Below, piece by piece: positions 28,526 to 37,673 of a stretch of DNA of 64,000 bases. Under the pieces are notes generated by a model, which saw nothing but the letters and a program-made list of their open reading frames with translations, was not told where the DNA came from and made no database searches. The position numbers and the translations under genes are program-made. The stretch's first letter is position 1. Every line of letters begins with the position of its first letter. This DNA comes from Calditrichia bacterium (lineage in GTDB: Bacteria > Calditrichota > Calditrichia > RBG-13-44-9 > J075). Location: NCBI GenBank assembly GCA_050633245.1, contig JBOEGD010000012.1:64001-128000 (forward strand). Reading direction: 5' to 3'.

Positions 28526-31451
28526 ATTGCAGCGCGATCTCCTACATTGTCTGCTGGTATTGCTGCTCGGTTTGATGCTGACATCTTGCGAGCAACAAAC
28601 TGCCGCCGAGGCGATAAAGCTTGAACCACTATCCCCGGAGGAAGAATACCGTTCCCTGTTATCGGCGTCGGACGCTACCTTTGAGCGTGCAGAAAAAGTA
28701 GTTACGGAAAATCCACTGTATTTCAGACAGCGCGTTTATTATCAGCTTCTCGACAAAGCGCTTTCCATGAAAATAACTGGGGATGATAGTCTCGCAGAGG
28801 CAACATTTTCTGAGGCCAGGCAGATGGCGCAAATCTTCCAAAGCAAGCTGGATGATTCGTTTCTAATGGTACAGCACCGCTTTTCGACAACACTCAGCAA
28901 CAAAGATATTCATAAAAAGCTACAGGTCGATTCATTATATAAGCTGGGCAACGACTCGCTTCGCAAGAAGAACTATGCGGCGGCAGATAAATTCTTTGAG
29001 AATTCGATTCGCATCGCTAAAGAGATTGGCGACCAGCGTCGGGTTGTAGATAATCACTTGCGTCAGCAGTTTATGCTCGATCGTCAAAAACGGCTGCGAG
29101 AATCGATCTCGCGAGGAAAAGAAGCGCTGAAGCTCGCCAACACCATTGGGTATCACTATCGCGCAGCTTGGATATTGCACTACATGGCTCTTTCCAGTGA
29201 ACTGCTTGGCGAATATGCTGCAGCAGTCGACTACTCCAGCCGCGCCGCGAAAGCGGCTGGAATAACCAAAGACTATCGCTGCCTGTCCGATACTCAATGG
29301 CTTGAAGGCATAGCGCTGTATCGGTTGGGACGCTTTGCAGAGTCTGTTGAGACACTCAATCATGCACTCGAAGCCAGCATTCAACGAGAAAGCCTTTCTA
29401 TACAGGCCAAGATCCACAATTCACTGGCGAACTCGCATAAAAGCCTGGGCAATTATTCTAACGCCGAAGAAAACTACCTGGACTCCTGGAAACTATTCGA
29501 AAAGCTGGATCGTCAAAAAGACATTGCAATTACGCAGGCAAATCTTGCTGACCTCTATCGCGTAATGGGTGCGCAGGATGAAGCACTTAAAATGTTTAAG
29601 ATGGCCTATTTGTATTACGAAGCCAATGAGCGGCATTACGACCGTATCGCGATTGTGAAGCGCATGGGCGATACCTATCGTAATCAGGGCAATTTGAAAA
29701 TGGCCCGGACAAGTGGGCGCACTGCTCTGGACGAGATTCTTGTGCAGGAGAAAAGTGGCTCTGATGCCTACGCCCTGCTAAAACCGGAGGCTTACCTCAG
29801 CCTTGGCGATGTTGAACGTGATTTCGACAATACATCGGCAGCAATGCCCCTTTACCAGGAGGCATTGACCGCTTTTAAACTATTGGACAATCGGTTTGGG
29901 ATTCTGGAGGGTTATCTAAAAATAGGTGATTTGCATTTTCGCGACGGTAATAACTTCAAGGCAGAATCGTCATTAAAGAAGGCACGGGGAATTGCCGCCA
30001 GCATCCGGCACCCACGGGCACTGGCACTGGCCGATTTTTCTTTAGGCAAACTATGGACGCAGAAAAAGGAGTTCAGTAAGGCAGAAAAGGCTCTGGAAAA
30101 TGCGATTGTCGGCGTGGAGCAAACCCGCAGCAACATCGAAGATGAGAATCGCCTCAACGAGCTTCAAATTAGCTACTTCGCTACGATGCAGGACATATAT
30201 GATGAGATGGTTTATCTGCAGCTACTCATGGAACAGCCCAAAGAAGCATTCTACTATTCTGAGCAGGCGCGGGCACGCTCTCTGCGAGATCTCTTGCAAA
30301 GCGAAGGCGGTTCTGCGCCAATCGGCCTTGTGAAGCCTCAAGACCTATTAGCAGCAAACACGACCCTGTTAGAATACAAATTTGTAAAAGATGATCTTAT
30401 CTGTTTTGTGGTACAAGAGAACAATTTCGCCGCCGTAAAGCTGCCCCGGCAGCGTGAACAAACCGAAGCAGCAATTCGCGGTTTTTTGACCGCAATTGGT
30501 GCCAATCACTATCAGGATTTTCTCGAAAAAACCAAGCAAGATGGTGCAGGCTACTACAACTCAATGAACCTCTCGGCGAAACAGCTATGGCAGCTGCTGT
30601 TGAGTCCGCTTGGCAAGAAACCTTTGCAGGCAGAGCACCTGATCATCGTTCCCGATGGTCTACTTCACTACCTGCCCTTTGCGGCACTGGTAGACAGCAG
30701 TAATCAATTTCTGATAGAAAAACGCATTGTTTCCTATTTGCCCGCGGCTTCTTTATTGGACAGACAAATTGGCGCGCAACCCGCTGCAGACTGGCAGCTT
30801 CTGGCTGCTGCAACGCCGGAAATGGGATTACCATTTACCCGGCAGGAAGTTGAAGCGATCGCCGGATATTTCCAAAAGAGCACTCTACTCCACTCTATGA
30901 ATGAGCTTAGCGAAGAACAACTATTGAATCATTTCAACAAACAATTCGAGGTTATTCATCTCGCCTGTCACGCAGAAATAGATGAACGCACACCGCGCTA
31001 CTCAAGTATTTTCGTGGGCCCAACCAGCGGGATTGAAAAAACAAGCCTGCTGCGCGGCAGCGAGATTAGTGACAATCGCGACGACAACAATCTAATGGCT
31101 CATGAGCTTTATCGGCTAGACTTTAGCAATACCAAGCTCATCGGGCTCTCGGCATGCAAGAGCGCCACCGGTCGCTACGTCAGCGGCGAAGGAATGATTG
31201 GTTTTATTCATCCACTGATGTCGGCAGGCGCGGAGTCTGTCCTTGCGACGTTGTGGGAGATTAGCGATGAACATACGCCCAAACTCATGCAGCTTTTCTA
31301 CGAAAACTGGATAGAGAAAAAGATGGGACGCGCCGAAGCACTCGCAAGCGCACAACGGCAGATAATTCAGGCAACAAGAGAGAATTCAAATATAAATTAT
31401 GCGCACCCTCAACTTTGGGCAGCATTTACGCTGACCGGCGCACATAACTAG
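28512..31451 (+). CDS. Lipoprotein TPR-CHAT (caspase-like) protease
   Basis: Lipobox LTSC; long TPR array; IIVPDGLLHYLPFAAL, IHLACHA (His), LSACKS (Cys), TLWEISD, HPQLWAAF. Confidence 0.93.
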   Translation: MRQNKLQRDLLHCLLVLLLGLMLTSCEQQTAAEAIKLEPLSPEEEYRSLLSASDATFERAEKVVTENPLYFRQRVYYQLLDKALSMKITGDDSLAEATFSEARQMAQIFQSKLDDSFLMVQHRFSTTLSNKDIHKKLQVDSLYKLGNDSLRKKNYAAADKFFENSIRIAKEIGDQRRVVDNHLRQQFMLDRQKRLRESISRGKEALKLANTIGYHYRAAWILHYMALSSELLGEYAAAVDYSSRAAKAAGITKDYRCLSDTQWLEGIALYRLGRFAESVETLNHALEASIQRESLSIQAKIHNSLANSHKSLGNYSNAEENYLDSWKLFEKLDRQKDIAITQANLADLYRVMGAQDEALKMFKMAYLYYEANERHYDRIAIVKRMGDTYRNQGNLKMARTSGRTALDEILVQEKSGSDAYALLKPEAYLSLGDVERDFDNTSAAMPLYQEALTAFKLLDNRFGILEGYLKIGDLHFRDGNNFKAESSLKKARGIAASIRHPRALALADFSLGKLWTQKKEFSKAEKALENAIVGVEQTRSNIEDENRLNELQISYFATMQDIYDEMVYLQLLMEQPKEAFYYSEQARARSLRDLLQSEGGSAPIGLVKPQDLLAANTTLLEYKFVKDDLICFVVQENNFAAVKLPRQREQTEAAIRGFLTAIGANHYQDFLEKTKQDGAGYYNSMNLSAKQLWQLLLSPLGKKPLQAEHLIIVPDGLLHYLPFAALVDSSNQFLIEKRIVSYLPAASLLDRQIGAQPAADWQLLAAATPEMGLPFTRQEVEAIAGYFQKSTLLHSMNELSEEQLLNHFNKQFEVIHLACHAEIDERTPRYSSIFVGPTSGIEKTSLLRGSEISDNRDDNNLMAHELYRLDFSNTKLIGLSACKSATGRYVSGEGMIGFIHPLMSAGAESVLATLWEISDEHTPKLMQLFYENWIEKKMGRAEALASAQRQIIQATRENSNINYAHPQLWAAFTLTGAHN

Positions 31452-31492
31452 GGTGCAGAACAGCCCTTCAACAGCAACAGGAGGAACGAGCA

Positions 31493-31879
31493 ATGAATGA
31501 AGATCTTTTATTGCTGGCCGACACCACAACCAACCATGAAGGTGAAGAGCCACCGCCAACCGACATGTTTTATACACGTGCAGCTCTTCAGCGCTCCAGC
31601 GCTTTAGATGCCATGCGTCTTGGCGTCTCCATCGGCATTGCCTGGATGGTATTATTTTTACTTATTATTCCCGGTGCTCTCATGTCCGGAGGCAATGCCT
31701 CACTCTTGGTCGTGCAGGCATTTTACCCGGGATTTACGGCCGGAGCAAGCGGGATTCTATTTGGCCTGGCACTTAGCTTTGTATATGGCACCATCGGTGG
31801 GATTGCCATCGGTTCGCTATATAATTCGCTCGTCCAGCGTGAAGTTTTAGCTGGTGAGAATTACGAAACATATGGTTAG
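31493..31879 (+). CDS. Small membrane protein of a holin-like family, with acidic Pro-rich N-terminus
   Basis: Two TMs around FYPGF...GILFGL...VYG.IGG..IGSLYN; similar to the N-terminus of 26094; AGGAGG RBS. Confidence 0.78.
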   Translation: MNEDLLLLADTTTNHEGEEPPPTDMFYTRAALQRSSALDAMRLGVSIGIAWMVLFLLIIPGALMSGGNASLLVVQAFYPGFTAGASGILFGLALSFVYGTIGGIAIGSLYNSLVQREVLAGENYETYG

Positions 31880-31904
31880 TCAAATCAATTGATTGGAGTA
31901 AAAA

Positions 31905-32042
31905 ATGCCTCTAAATTATGATAGCGAATCAAAGCCAAAACGCGGTGGAAAAATCAAGCCGCCAGATGATCAGGAAGATCGGCCAACACGCCGCGGAAAT
32001 GATGAAGACAAGGATGAAGACCAAGATAAGGATCAGGAATAG
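31905..32042 (+). CDS. Unannotated 45-aa acidic peptide MPLNYDSESKPKRGGKIKPPDDQEDRPTRRGNDEDKDEDQDKDQE
   Basis: GGAG RBS 6 nt upstream, clean ORF filling the intergenic gap, hairpin right after the stop. Confidence 0.72.
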   Translation: MPLNYDSESKPKRGGKIKPPDDQEDRPTRRGNDEDKDEDQDKDQE

Positions 32043-32055
32043 ATAAGAATTCGTC

Positions 32056-32083
32056 GGCTGCCGAAATTTCGGCAGCCTGTTTT
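32056..32083 (+). terminator. Hairpin/terminator after the peptide gene
   Basis: Perfect palindrome GGCTGCCGAAATTTCGGCAGCC followed by TGTTTT. Confidence 0.7.
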
Positions 32084-32097
32084 ACCGGAGTTGGGAA

Positions 32098-35000
32098 ATG
32101 AGAGTCGTGCCTGGTTATATTTTGCTCTTTGCAATTTGCATTGCATTGATGCAGCCGCTGCATTCTCAGTCGGAAGCGGCTCAGAATCGCGATTACTATA
32201 GCGAACTGGCTAAGAAGCAGAACCAACTCCCGCGCAATCAACGCAACTACCTGCAAAAGATTGTTCAGAAGACGTCGAAAAATGACCATGCCTGGCTAAG
32301 CTTGTTGGATACGTATCTAATCGATAGCGAAATCGACGAGGCCGGAAGATTTTTTCGCCCACTGTTAAAAAAGGATGCCACCCGACCAGCGGCTCAGCGT
32401 ATTATGGCGCATCTTTTCCATATTCAAGGGGAAAACGACGAAGCACTAAAGCTGTTTCAACAAAGTTTGCAAACGTCGCCGACATCGCAAACCGTTAAGG
32501 AATTCGCACAATTTCTACGCAATACCAATCGCTCACCTGAGACAGATTTTTTACCGGATACGTTAAAGTCAGGCCCGTTACGAGAGCAGCTCGACGTCAA
32601 TTATGCTCTTTACACGTTCTCATCGAGAAATTCGCAGACTCCCCTCAAAGTTTATCTCCGCTCTCAGCATCCCACGGAGTCGGCACTCTTGCAAGCAGCT
32701 GAAGCAGCCTATCGCCTTCGCCAGTTCGCAAATGGCGACACGCTGCTCAGTAAAAGCCGCAGACAAGCCAAAAAAAATCACAACATCGATTGTCTTACCC
32801 AATCATTTATTCTCGAAAGTATTTGGCAGCAAGAGTTCGGGCTTTCTCATCAGCTCGCCATGTTGGATTCCGCCGAGTATTATGCTTCCCGCATAAATAA
32901 TTGGCGACTCTTGCAGAAAGTCTATGGTGAACGCGGGCTACTTCATTACGCCGACGACGATTATGCTGCCGCCATCAATCAGCTGCGCAAAGCGATTGAC
33001 ATTGCAGATAAGATGCAGCTAAATAATCATCTCGCCAAATGGCTTAGTCCGTACGGGAAAGCGTTATTTTATCTGGAATCTTATCAGGAAGCGCTGCAAG
33101 TTCACGAACGTGCCGAAGAATTGGCAACACGACTGAATCGCAAACGCCTTGCGCTTAACAGCCGAATAAACAAGGGCGACCTGCTGGCATACTTTTCACG
33201 TTACTACCTCGCAGAGCAGGAATTCTACAGCGCATATCGCGAAGCAGCCGAGCTGGGCTTAACGACTATTATGCGTCGCGCATATCCGCGAATTGGCGAC
33301 ATGCTTTTAGAGAGTAAACAGTTTGCATCCGCTCGCGAAATCTACCGCAATCATCTGGCAACACTTCATAAACGAGGTAAGCAAGACCAGCTACCTTATT
33401 GGCTGGGTCGAATTGCCGAAAGCTACGAACATGAACAAAAACTCGACTCTGCAACAGTTATCTATGAACAGGCTTTTCAACAAGCTCGAACGGTTAATGC
33501 CCCTTATTATATGAGCTCATACATGAGGCGCCTTGGCGAACTCGACAGGCGTAATGGACGTCCGATTCAGGCCCAACAACGCTTTCAAACCAGCCTTGAT
33601 ATAGCACATAGTTCTACAGACAGTAGCCTTATCGTCGATATCCACCGCTCTATGGGTGACTTGCATTTTCAACTAGCGGAGTACAACAAAGCCATTTCGG
33701 CATACCAGTCCGGCGTAGCAATGTATGAACGCATCCGTAACCGGCTTGTTTTAGAAGATCTTAAAATTGGCTATGCAACTCAGGGATATTCGCTCCATCA
33801 TCAGCTGGCCGGGTGCTTCAAAAAGCTGTATGCCGAAACGAATAATCCTGGCCTGCTGGACAGCCTGCTTTTTCATATGGATCTCGCCCGCGGTCGAACC
33901 CTAAAGGAGTTGCGTCTTAGCGGAGAGAGTAGCAACACAGGTCTTAGCTATTCTAAATCAATGGATATTCAACAACGTTTCAGCTATCGCAAGCGACGCT
34001 GGCGAGCGCTGCAAACATCTCATCAGAATCCAACTGCGCAGATGAAGAGCGATTTACTTTCCGCACGCAATGCCCTGCTCACCGACAGGTTGCGGCATCA
34101 AACGGCGGGCTCCAAAAAAACGGACGCGCAGCCGCTCTCGCGTACGATACTTCAAACCAGGCTCAGGCAGATTGATCATACGGCATTGGCTTTTCACATC
34201 CAGGACAGCCTCTCCTTTACTCTTATAATAAGCCCCGATACGATACGTATCGTAAGTATGATCATCGACGAACAACAGCTGACAAAATCGATCAAGAAAC
34301 TCATTGCTCCCTTTCACAATCTAAGCAGCTTGGAAACTCACACGACTATTTATGAAGCGCAAGAGGCATTCAACCTGCATCAACAGCTTATTAAACCGCT
34401 GGAAACACACATACAGCTGGTAGAAAACATACTCATCATTCCAGACACACCTCTGCTTAACCTGCCGTTCGACTTACTTCTTCGAACACAACCACAACAA
34501 GAGCGTTATTTACCGACCGATTTCCCGGACTACACCGCACACTTACTCGTGCAGAAGCATTGTTTTACCATTATGCCAGATCTGCAGCTGCCAACCGCTT
34601 CCGAGCAAAGACATTCTGCAGATCCCGAGCTGCTCGTTATTGCAAATCCATTTGCTGAAGCTGAGTTTATGCCCGGATATTTTGAGCAGAATCAATTTCG
34701 AGCCGGCGGAATTTTTCTTCCTCTCCCATTTACGGAAGTGGAAGCTGCTGCCATAAAAGCACTTTATCCCAAAACGCAGGTTTTAAAGCGACGTCATGCC
34801 ACATCCAAGACGCTAAAATCGATAGCCTCGGATTACGATATAATTCACCTCGCAACGCATGCTTTTGCGGACTCAGCATTCGATATTTTTTCCGGGCTTG
34901 TTCTACACGCCTCGCAGGATTCACTGGACGACGGTTTTTTAATGGGTTATGAGATTGAACAACTTCACCTCAATTGTGAACTTGTAGCACTCAGTGCCTG

Positions 35001-35391
35001 TGAAACCGCGCTCGGGAAACAGGTAGCCGGAGAAGGCGTGCTTGGCCTGCCACGTCTTTTTCTTGCGGCGGGAGCAAAATCAGTGCTTCAAACCTGCTGG
35101 AAAGTTGATGATGGCTTTACGTCAAAGTTAATGCCTGAGTTTTATAAACGCCTCCTTGTGGAAGGGAAAACGCGCCCCGAGGCTCTTGCCGGTGCGAAAC
35201 GCTTTTTTCTTACACCACCAGTTACCAAACAGCAGACCTATTATCAACATCCGCTCTATTGGGCCTCCTTTAATCTCTTTGGTTCTCCGGGCCTGCCGGT
35301 ACAGTCACAAAAGAGTAGATGGTCCCTCCTTTTCCTCCTTCTTGCCGGAGTGTTTCTCTATGTGCTCTATCGTATAAAAACACGTCGCTAA
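32098..35391 (+). CDS. Exported TPR-CHAT protease with C-terminal membrane anchor
   Basis: Signal peptide; TPRs; LIIPDTPLLNLPFDLL, IHLATHA (His), LSACET (Cys), HPLYWASF; tail WSLLFLLLAGVFLYVLYRIKTRR. Confidence 0.93.
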   Translation: MRVVPGYILLFAICIALMQPLHSQSEAAQNRDYYSELAKKQNQLPRNQRNYLQKIVQKTSKNDHAWLSLLDTYLIDSEIDEAGRFFRPLLKKDATRPAAQRIMAHLFHIQGENDEALKLFQQSLQTSPTSQTVKEFAQFLRNTNRSPETDFLPDTLKSGPLREQLDVNYALYTFSSRNSQTPLKVYLRSQHPTESALLQAAEAAYRLRQFANGDTLLSKSRRQAKKNHNIDCLTQSFILESIWQQEFGLSHQLAMLDSAEYYASRINNWRLLQKVYGERGLLHYADDDYAAAINQLRKAIDIADKMQLNNHLAKWLSPYGKALFYLESYQEALQVHERAEELATRLNRKRLALNSRINKGDLLAYFSRYYLAEQEFYSAYREAAELGLTTIMRRAYPRIGDMLLESKQFASAREIYRNHLATLHKRGKQDQLPYWLGRIAESYEHEQKLDSATVIYEQAFQQARTVNAPYYMSSYMRRLGELDRRNGRPIQAQQRFQTSLDIAHSSTDSSLIVDIHRSMGDLHFQLAEYNKAISAYQSGVAMYERIRNRLVLEDLKIGYATQGYSLHHQLAGCFKKLYAETNNPGLLDSLLFHMDLARGRTLKELRLSGESSNTGLSYSKSMDIQQRFSYRKRRWRALQTSHQNPTAQMKSDLLSARNALLTDRLRHQTAGSKKTDAQPLSRTILQTRLRQIDHTALAFHIQDSLSFTLIISPDTIRIVSMIIDEQQLTKSIKKLIAPFHNLSSLETHTTIYEAQEAFNLHQQLIKPLETHIQLVENILIIPDTPLLNLPFDLLLRTQPQQERYLPTDFPDYTAHLLVQKHCFTIMPDLQLPTASEQRHSADPELLVIANPFAEAEFMPGYFEQNQFRAGGIFLPLPFTEVEAAAIKALYPKTQVLKRRHATSKTLKSIASDYDIIHLATHAFADSAFDIFSGLVLHASQDSLDDGFLMGYEIEQLHLNCELVALSACETALGKQVAGEGVLGLPRLFLAAGAKSVLQTCWKVDDGFTSKLMPEFYKRLLVEGKTRPEALAGAKRFFLTPPVTKQQTYYQHPLYWASFNLFGSPGLPVQSQKSRWSLLFLLLAGVFLYVLYRIKTRR

Positions 35392-35513
35392 AGCTATTTT
35401 TTTCCTTATAGAACAAAAATCATAAAAAGAGAATAATTATTTAATGACTGATAAATTTATTCGTATTACTTTCCGATAATTTACGCACTGAACACAATGA
35501 CGATTGGAACTGA

Positions 35514-37343
35514 ATGAAAGCGCCAAAACCGACATTTTCGGCCTCGTCGAACGCTACAACAGATGCCCTGCCGAAACGTCAGCAAATAGACGAACGCTAC
35601 AAGTGGAATTTGCAGCATATATTCGACTCAAATGAGGATTGGGAGACTGAGCTCAATGAGATAGAAGAGGGACTTTCCAAATTCGACAGCTTTGCAGGGA
35701 CTTTGGGACAATCTGCTGAGTCACTTTTTCAGTGTTTGAGATATCAGCACAACCTGGAAGAACGCTTTGGTCGACTATTTCTTTATTCCGGTCTTAGCAA
35801 TGACCAGGACACCTCCGAATCTCTTTATCAGGATTACCGCGGACAGGCATCTGCACTGATGGCAAAAATTAATCAGAGAACTTCCTTTATTCAGCCTGAG
35901 ATTCTTGCACTTGGTAAGAGAAAAATTGATTCGTTTTTACAGCAGCATCAGAGCCTACAGGAATTTCAGCACCTATTGGAAGATATTTTTCGTACTGTCG
36001 CTCATGTGCTTCCGCCGGAACAGGAGCAGTTGCTTGCACTTACCGGTGAACTGGCTCAGGGAGCATCGAATATTTTTTCCATGTTCAATAATGCAGACAT
36101 CCAATTTTCATCGATTCTCGATGAAAATGAACGAGAAGTTGAAGTCACCAAAGCCAGACATCAGCGATTTATGGAATCGAAAAATCGCCGAGTCCGTGAA
36201 GATTCCTATCGCGCTCTATATGGTGCCTATCATAAATGGACCAACACGCTGGCGGCAACGCTTTCAACGGCTGTTAAAAGAAATCTGTTTTATGCAAAGG
36301 CGCGTAGATATAACACGGCACTGGAAGCTGCACTGGATAGTGAGAACATTCCGGTTGGGGTTTATGATAATGTGATTAATACAATTAATCAGAATCTAAA
36401 CCCACTACAGAACTATATGAGTCAGCGTGCAAAGATACTGGGGTTGGAGACGGTACGTCCATGGGATCTGACTGTACCGCTTGTTACAGAGGTGGATTTT
36501 AATATTCCGTATGATGATGCAGCAGGAATCTTACGTGAGGCGCTTGCGCCACTCGGCGAAGACTATCTTTCTGCAATCGATAAAGCATTTGAGGATGGCT
36601 GGGTCGACGTTTATGAAAATCGTGGAAAGCGTTCAGGTGCCTACTCCTGGTCGACGTATGGAGCTCATCCGTATATACTGATGAATTACAACGCTACGTT
36701 GAACAATTTGTTTACTCTGGCTCATGAGTTGGGACATGCACTTCACTCCTACTACACTCATCAATCACAGCCAAATCATTACAGCCACTACACAATTTTT
36801 GTGGCTGAGGTAGCATCTACGCTGAATGAAGCATTACTTATGGATTATTTACTTAAGCGCGAAAGCGGTGAAAGACGCCGTTATTTGATTAATGAATACA
36901 TCGATCAGATTCGTGGTACCGTTTATAATCAAGCATTGTTTGCCGAGCTGGAACGCGACATTCACACTCATGCAGAAAGTGGGCAGACACTTACCGGAGA
37001 GTATCTGAATGGCCTTACAGCTTCACTTTATAATAAATATTTAGGAGAGCACTTTCAAATCGATGACCTCTACCAGATAAACTGGTGCCGTATTCCACAT
37101 TTTTATTACAACTTTTACGTCTATAAATATGCCACAGGCTTTTCTGCTGCCACGGCACTATCACGTAAAATACTAGATGGCGATACTTCCGCTCGAGAGG
37201 CATATCTATCGTTTTTATCACGCGGAAATTCAGACTATTCGATCAATTTACTGAAGGATGCCGGAGTTAATATGCTTTCTGCGGAGCCAATTGAAGCGAC
37301 AACAACCTTGATGATGAATTTATTGAAACAGTTTTCAGAATAA
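35514..37343 (+). CDS. pepF: Oligoendopeptidase F (M3B)
   Basis: YKWNL, GKRSGAYS, HPYILMNY, TLAHELGHALHS, FVAEVAS, IPHFYYNFYVYKYATG. Confidence 0.96.
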   Translation: MKAPKPTFSASSNATTDALPKRQQIDERYKWNLQHIFDSNEDWETELNEIEEGLSKFDSFAGTLGQSAESLFQCLRYQHNLEERFGRLFLYSGLSNDQDTSESLYQDYRGQASALMAKINQRTSFIQPEILALGKRKIDSFLQQHQSLQEFQHLLEDIFRTVAHVLPPEQEQLLALTGELAQGASNIFSMFNNADIQFSSILDENEREVEVTKARHQRFMESKNRRVREDSYRALYGAYHKWTNTLAATLSTAVKRNLFYAKARRYNTALEAALDSENIPVGVYDNVINTINQNLNPLQNYMSQRAKILGLETVRPWDLTVPLVTEVDFNIPYDDAAGILREALAPLGEDYLSAIDKAFEDGWVDVYENRGKRSGAYSWSTYGAHPYILMNYNATLNNLFTLAHELGHALHSYYTHQSQPNHYSHYTIFVAEVASTLNEALLMDYLLKRESGERRRYLINEYIDQIRGTVYNQALFAELERDIHTHAESGQTLTGEYLNGLTASLYNKYLGEHFQIDDLYQINWCRIPHFYYNFYVYKYATGFSAATALSRKILDGDTSAREAYLSFLSRGNSDYSINLLKDAGVNMLSAEPIEATTTLMMNLLKQFSE

Positions 37344-37346
37344 GAA

Positions 37347-37362
37347 TGGGGCAAATGCCCCA
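37347..37362 (+). terminator. Short hairpin after pepF
   Basis: TGGGGCA-AA-TGCCCCA immediately after the stop; weak U-tract. Confidence 0.4.
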
Positions 37363-37568
37363 ATTATAAGTGTAAAATCATCAATTCAATATGATATTGA
37401 AATGCGTGTGTGATTTTTTGCACAATGATTTTTCCCAAAATTATCATTGTGTTGAAAATCAAATGGAATGAATACTTTCGCACTATCTTAAACGTGCAAT
37501 CTTTTTTATACGCATCTGTTCGTATCCTCCTGCGACAGGCTTAATATTTGGGTTGAGAGAACGTTGGA

Positions 37569-37604
37569 TTGACTATTGGTCAACCCTTGAGAATGGATTC
37601 TCAA
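37569..37604. promoter_or_regulatory. Two adjacent palindromic operator-like sites
   Basis: TTGAC-N5-GTCAA (37569-37583) and TTGAGAAT-GG-ATTCTCAA (37587-37604), upstream of ATG 37674. Confidence 0.4.
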
Positions 37605-37673
37605 AAGACGCTCTTTCATAATAGTAGTATTTTATGTCTTGCAAAGTGTCTTTTTCGGAAAGGAGACCTTAAA

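Noticed and set aside
32001-32039. GATGAAGAC/GATAAG short repeats as a CRISPR or VNTR
   Set aside because: Explained by the D/E/K/Q codons of the peptide tail; no repeat-spacer structure and no cas genes in the window
31954-32289. Minus-strand 111-aa ORF
   Set aside because: Antisense shadow of the 45-aa peptide and the CHAT2 start, both of which have RBSs
21189-37343. M1 peptidase and PepF as members of the CHAT system
   Set aside because: Both are common housekeeping peptidases with their own upstream regions; adjacency alone is insufficient, though synteny could revive the idea
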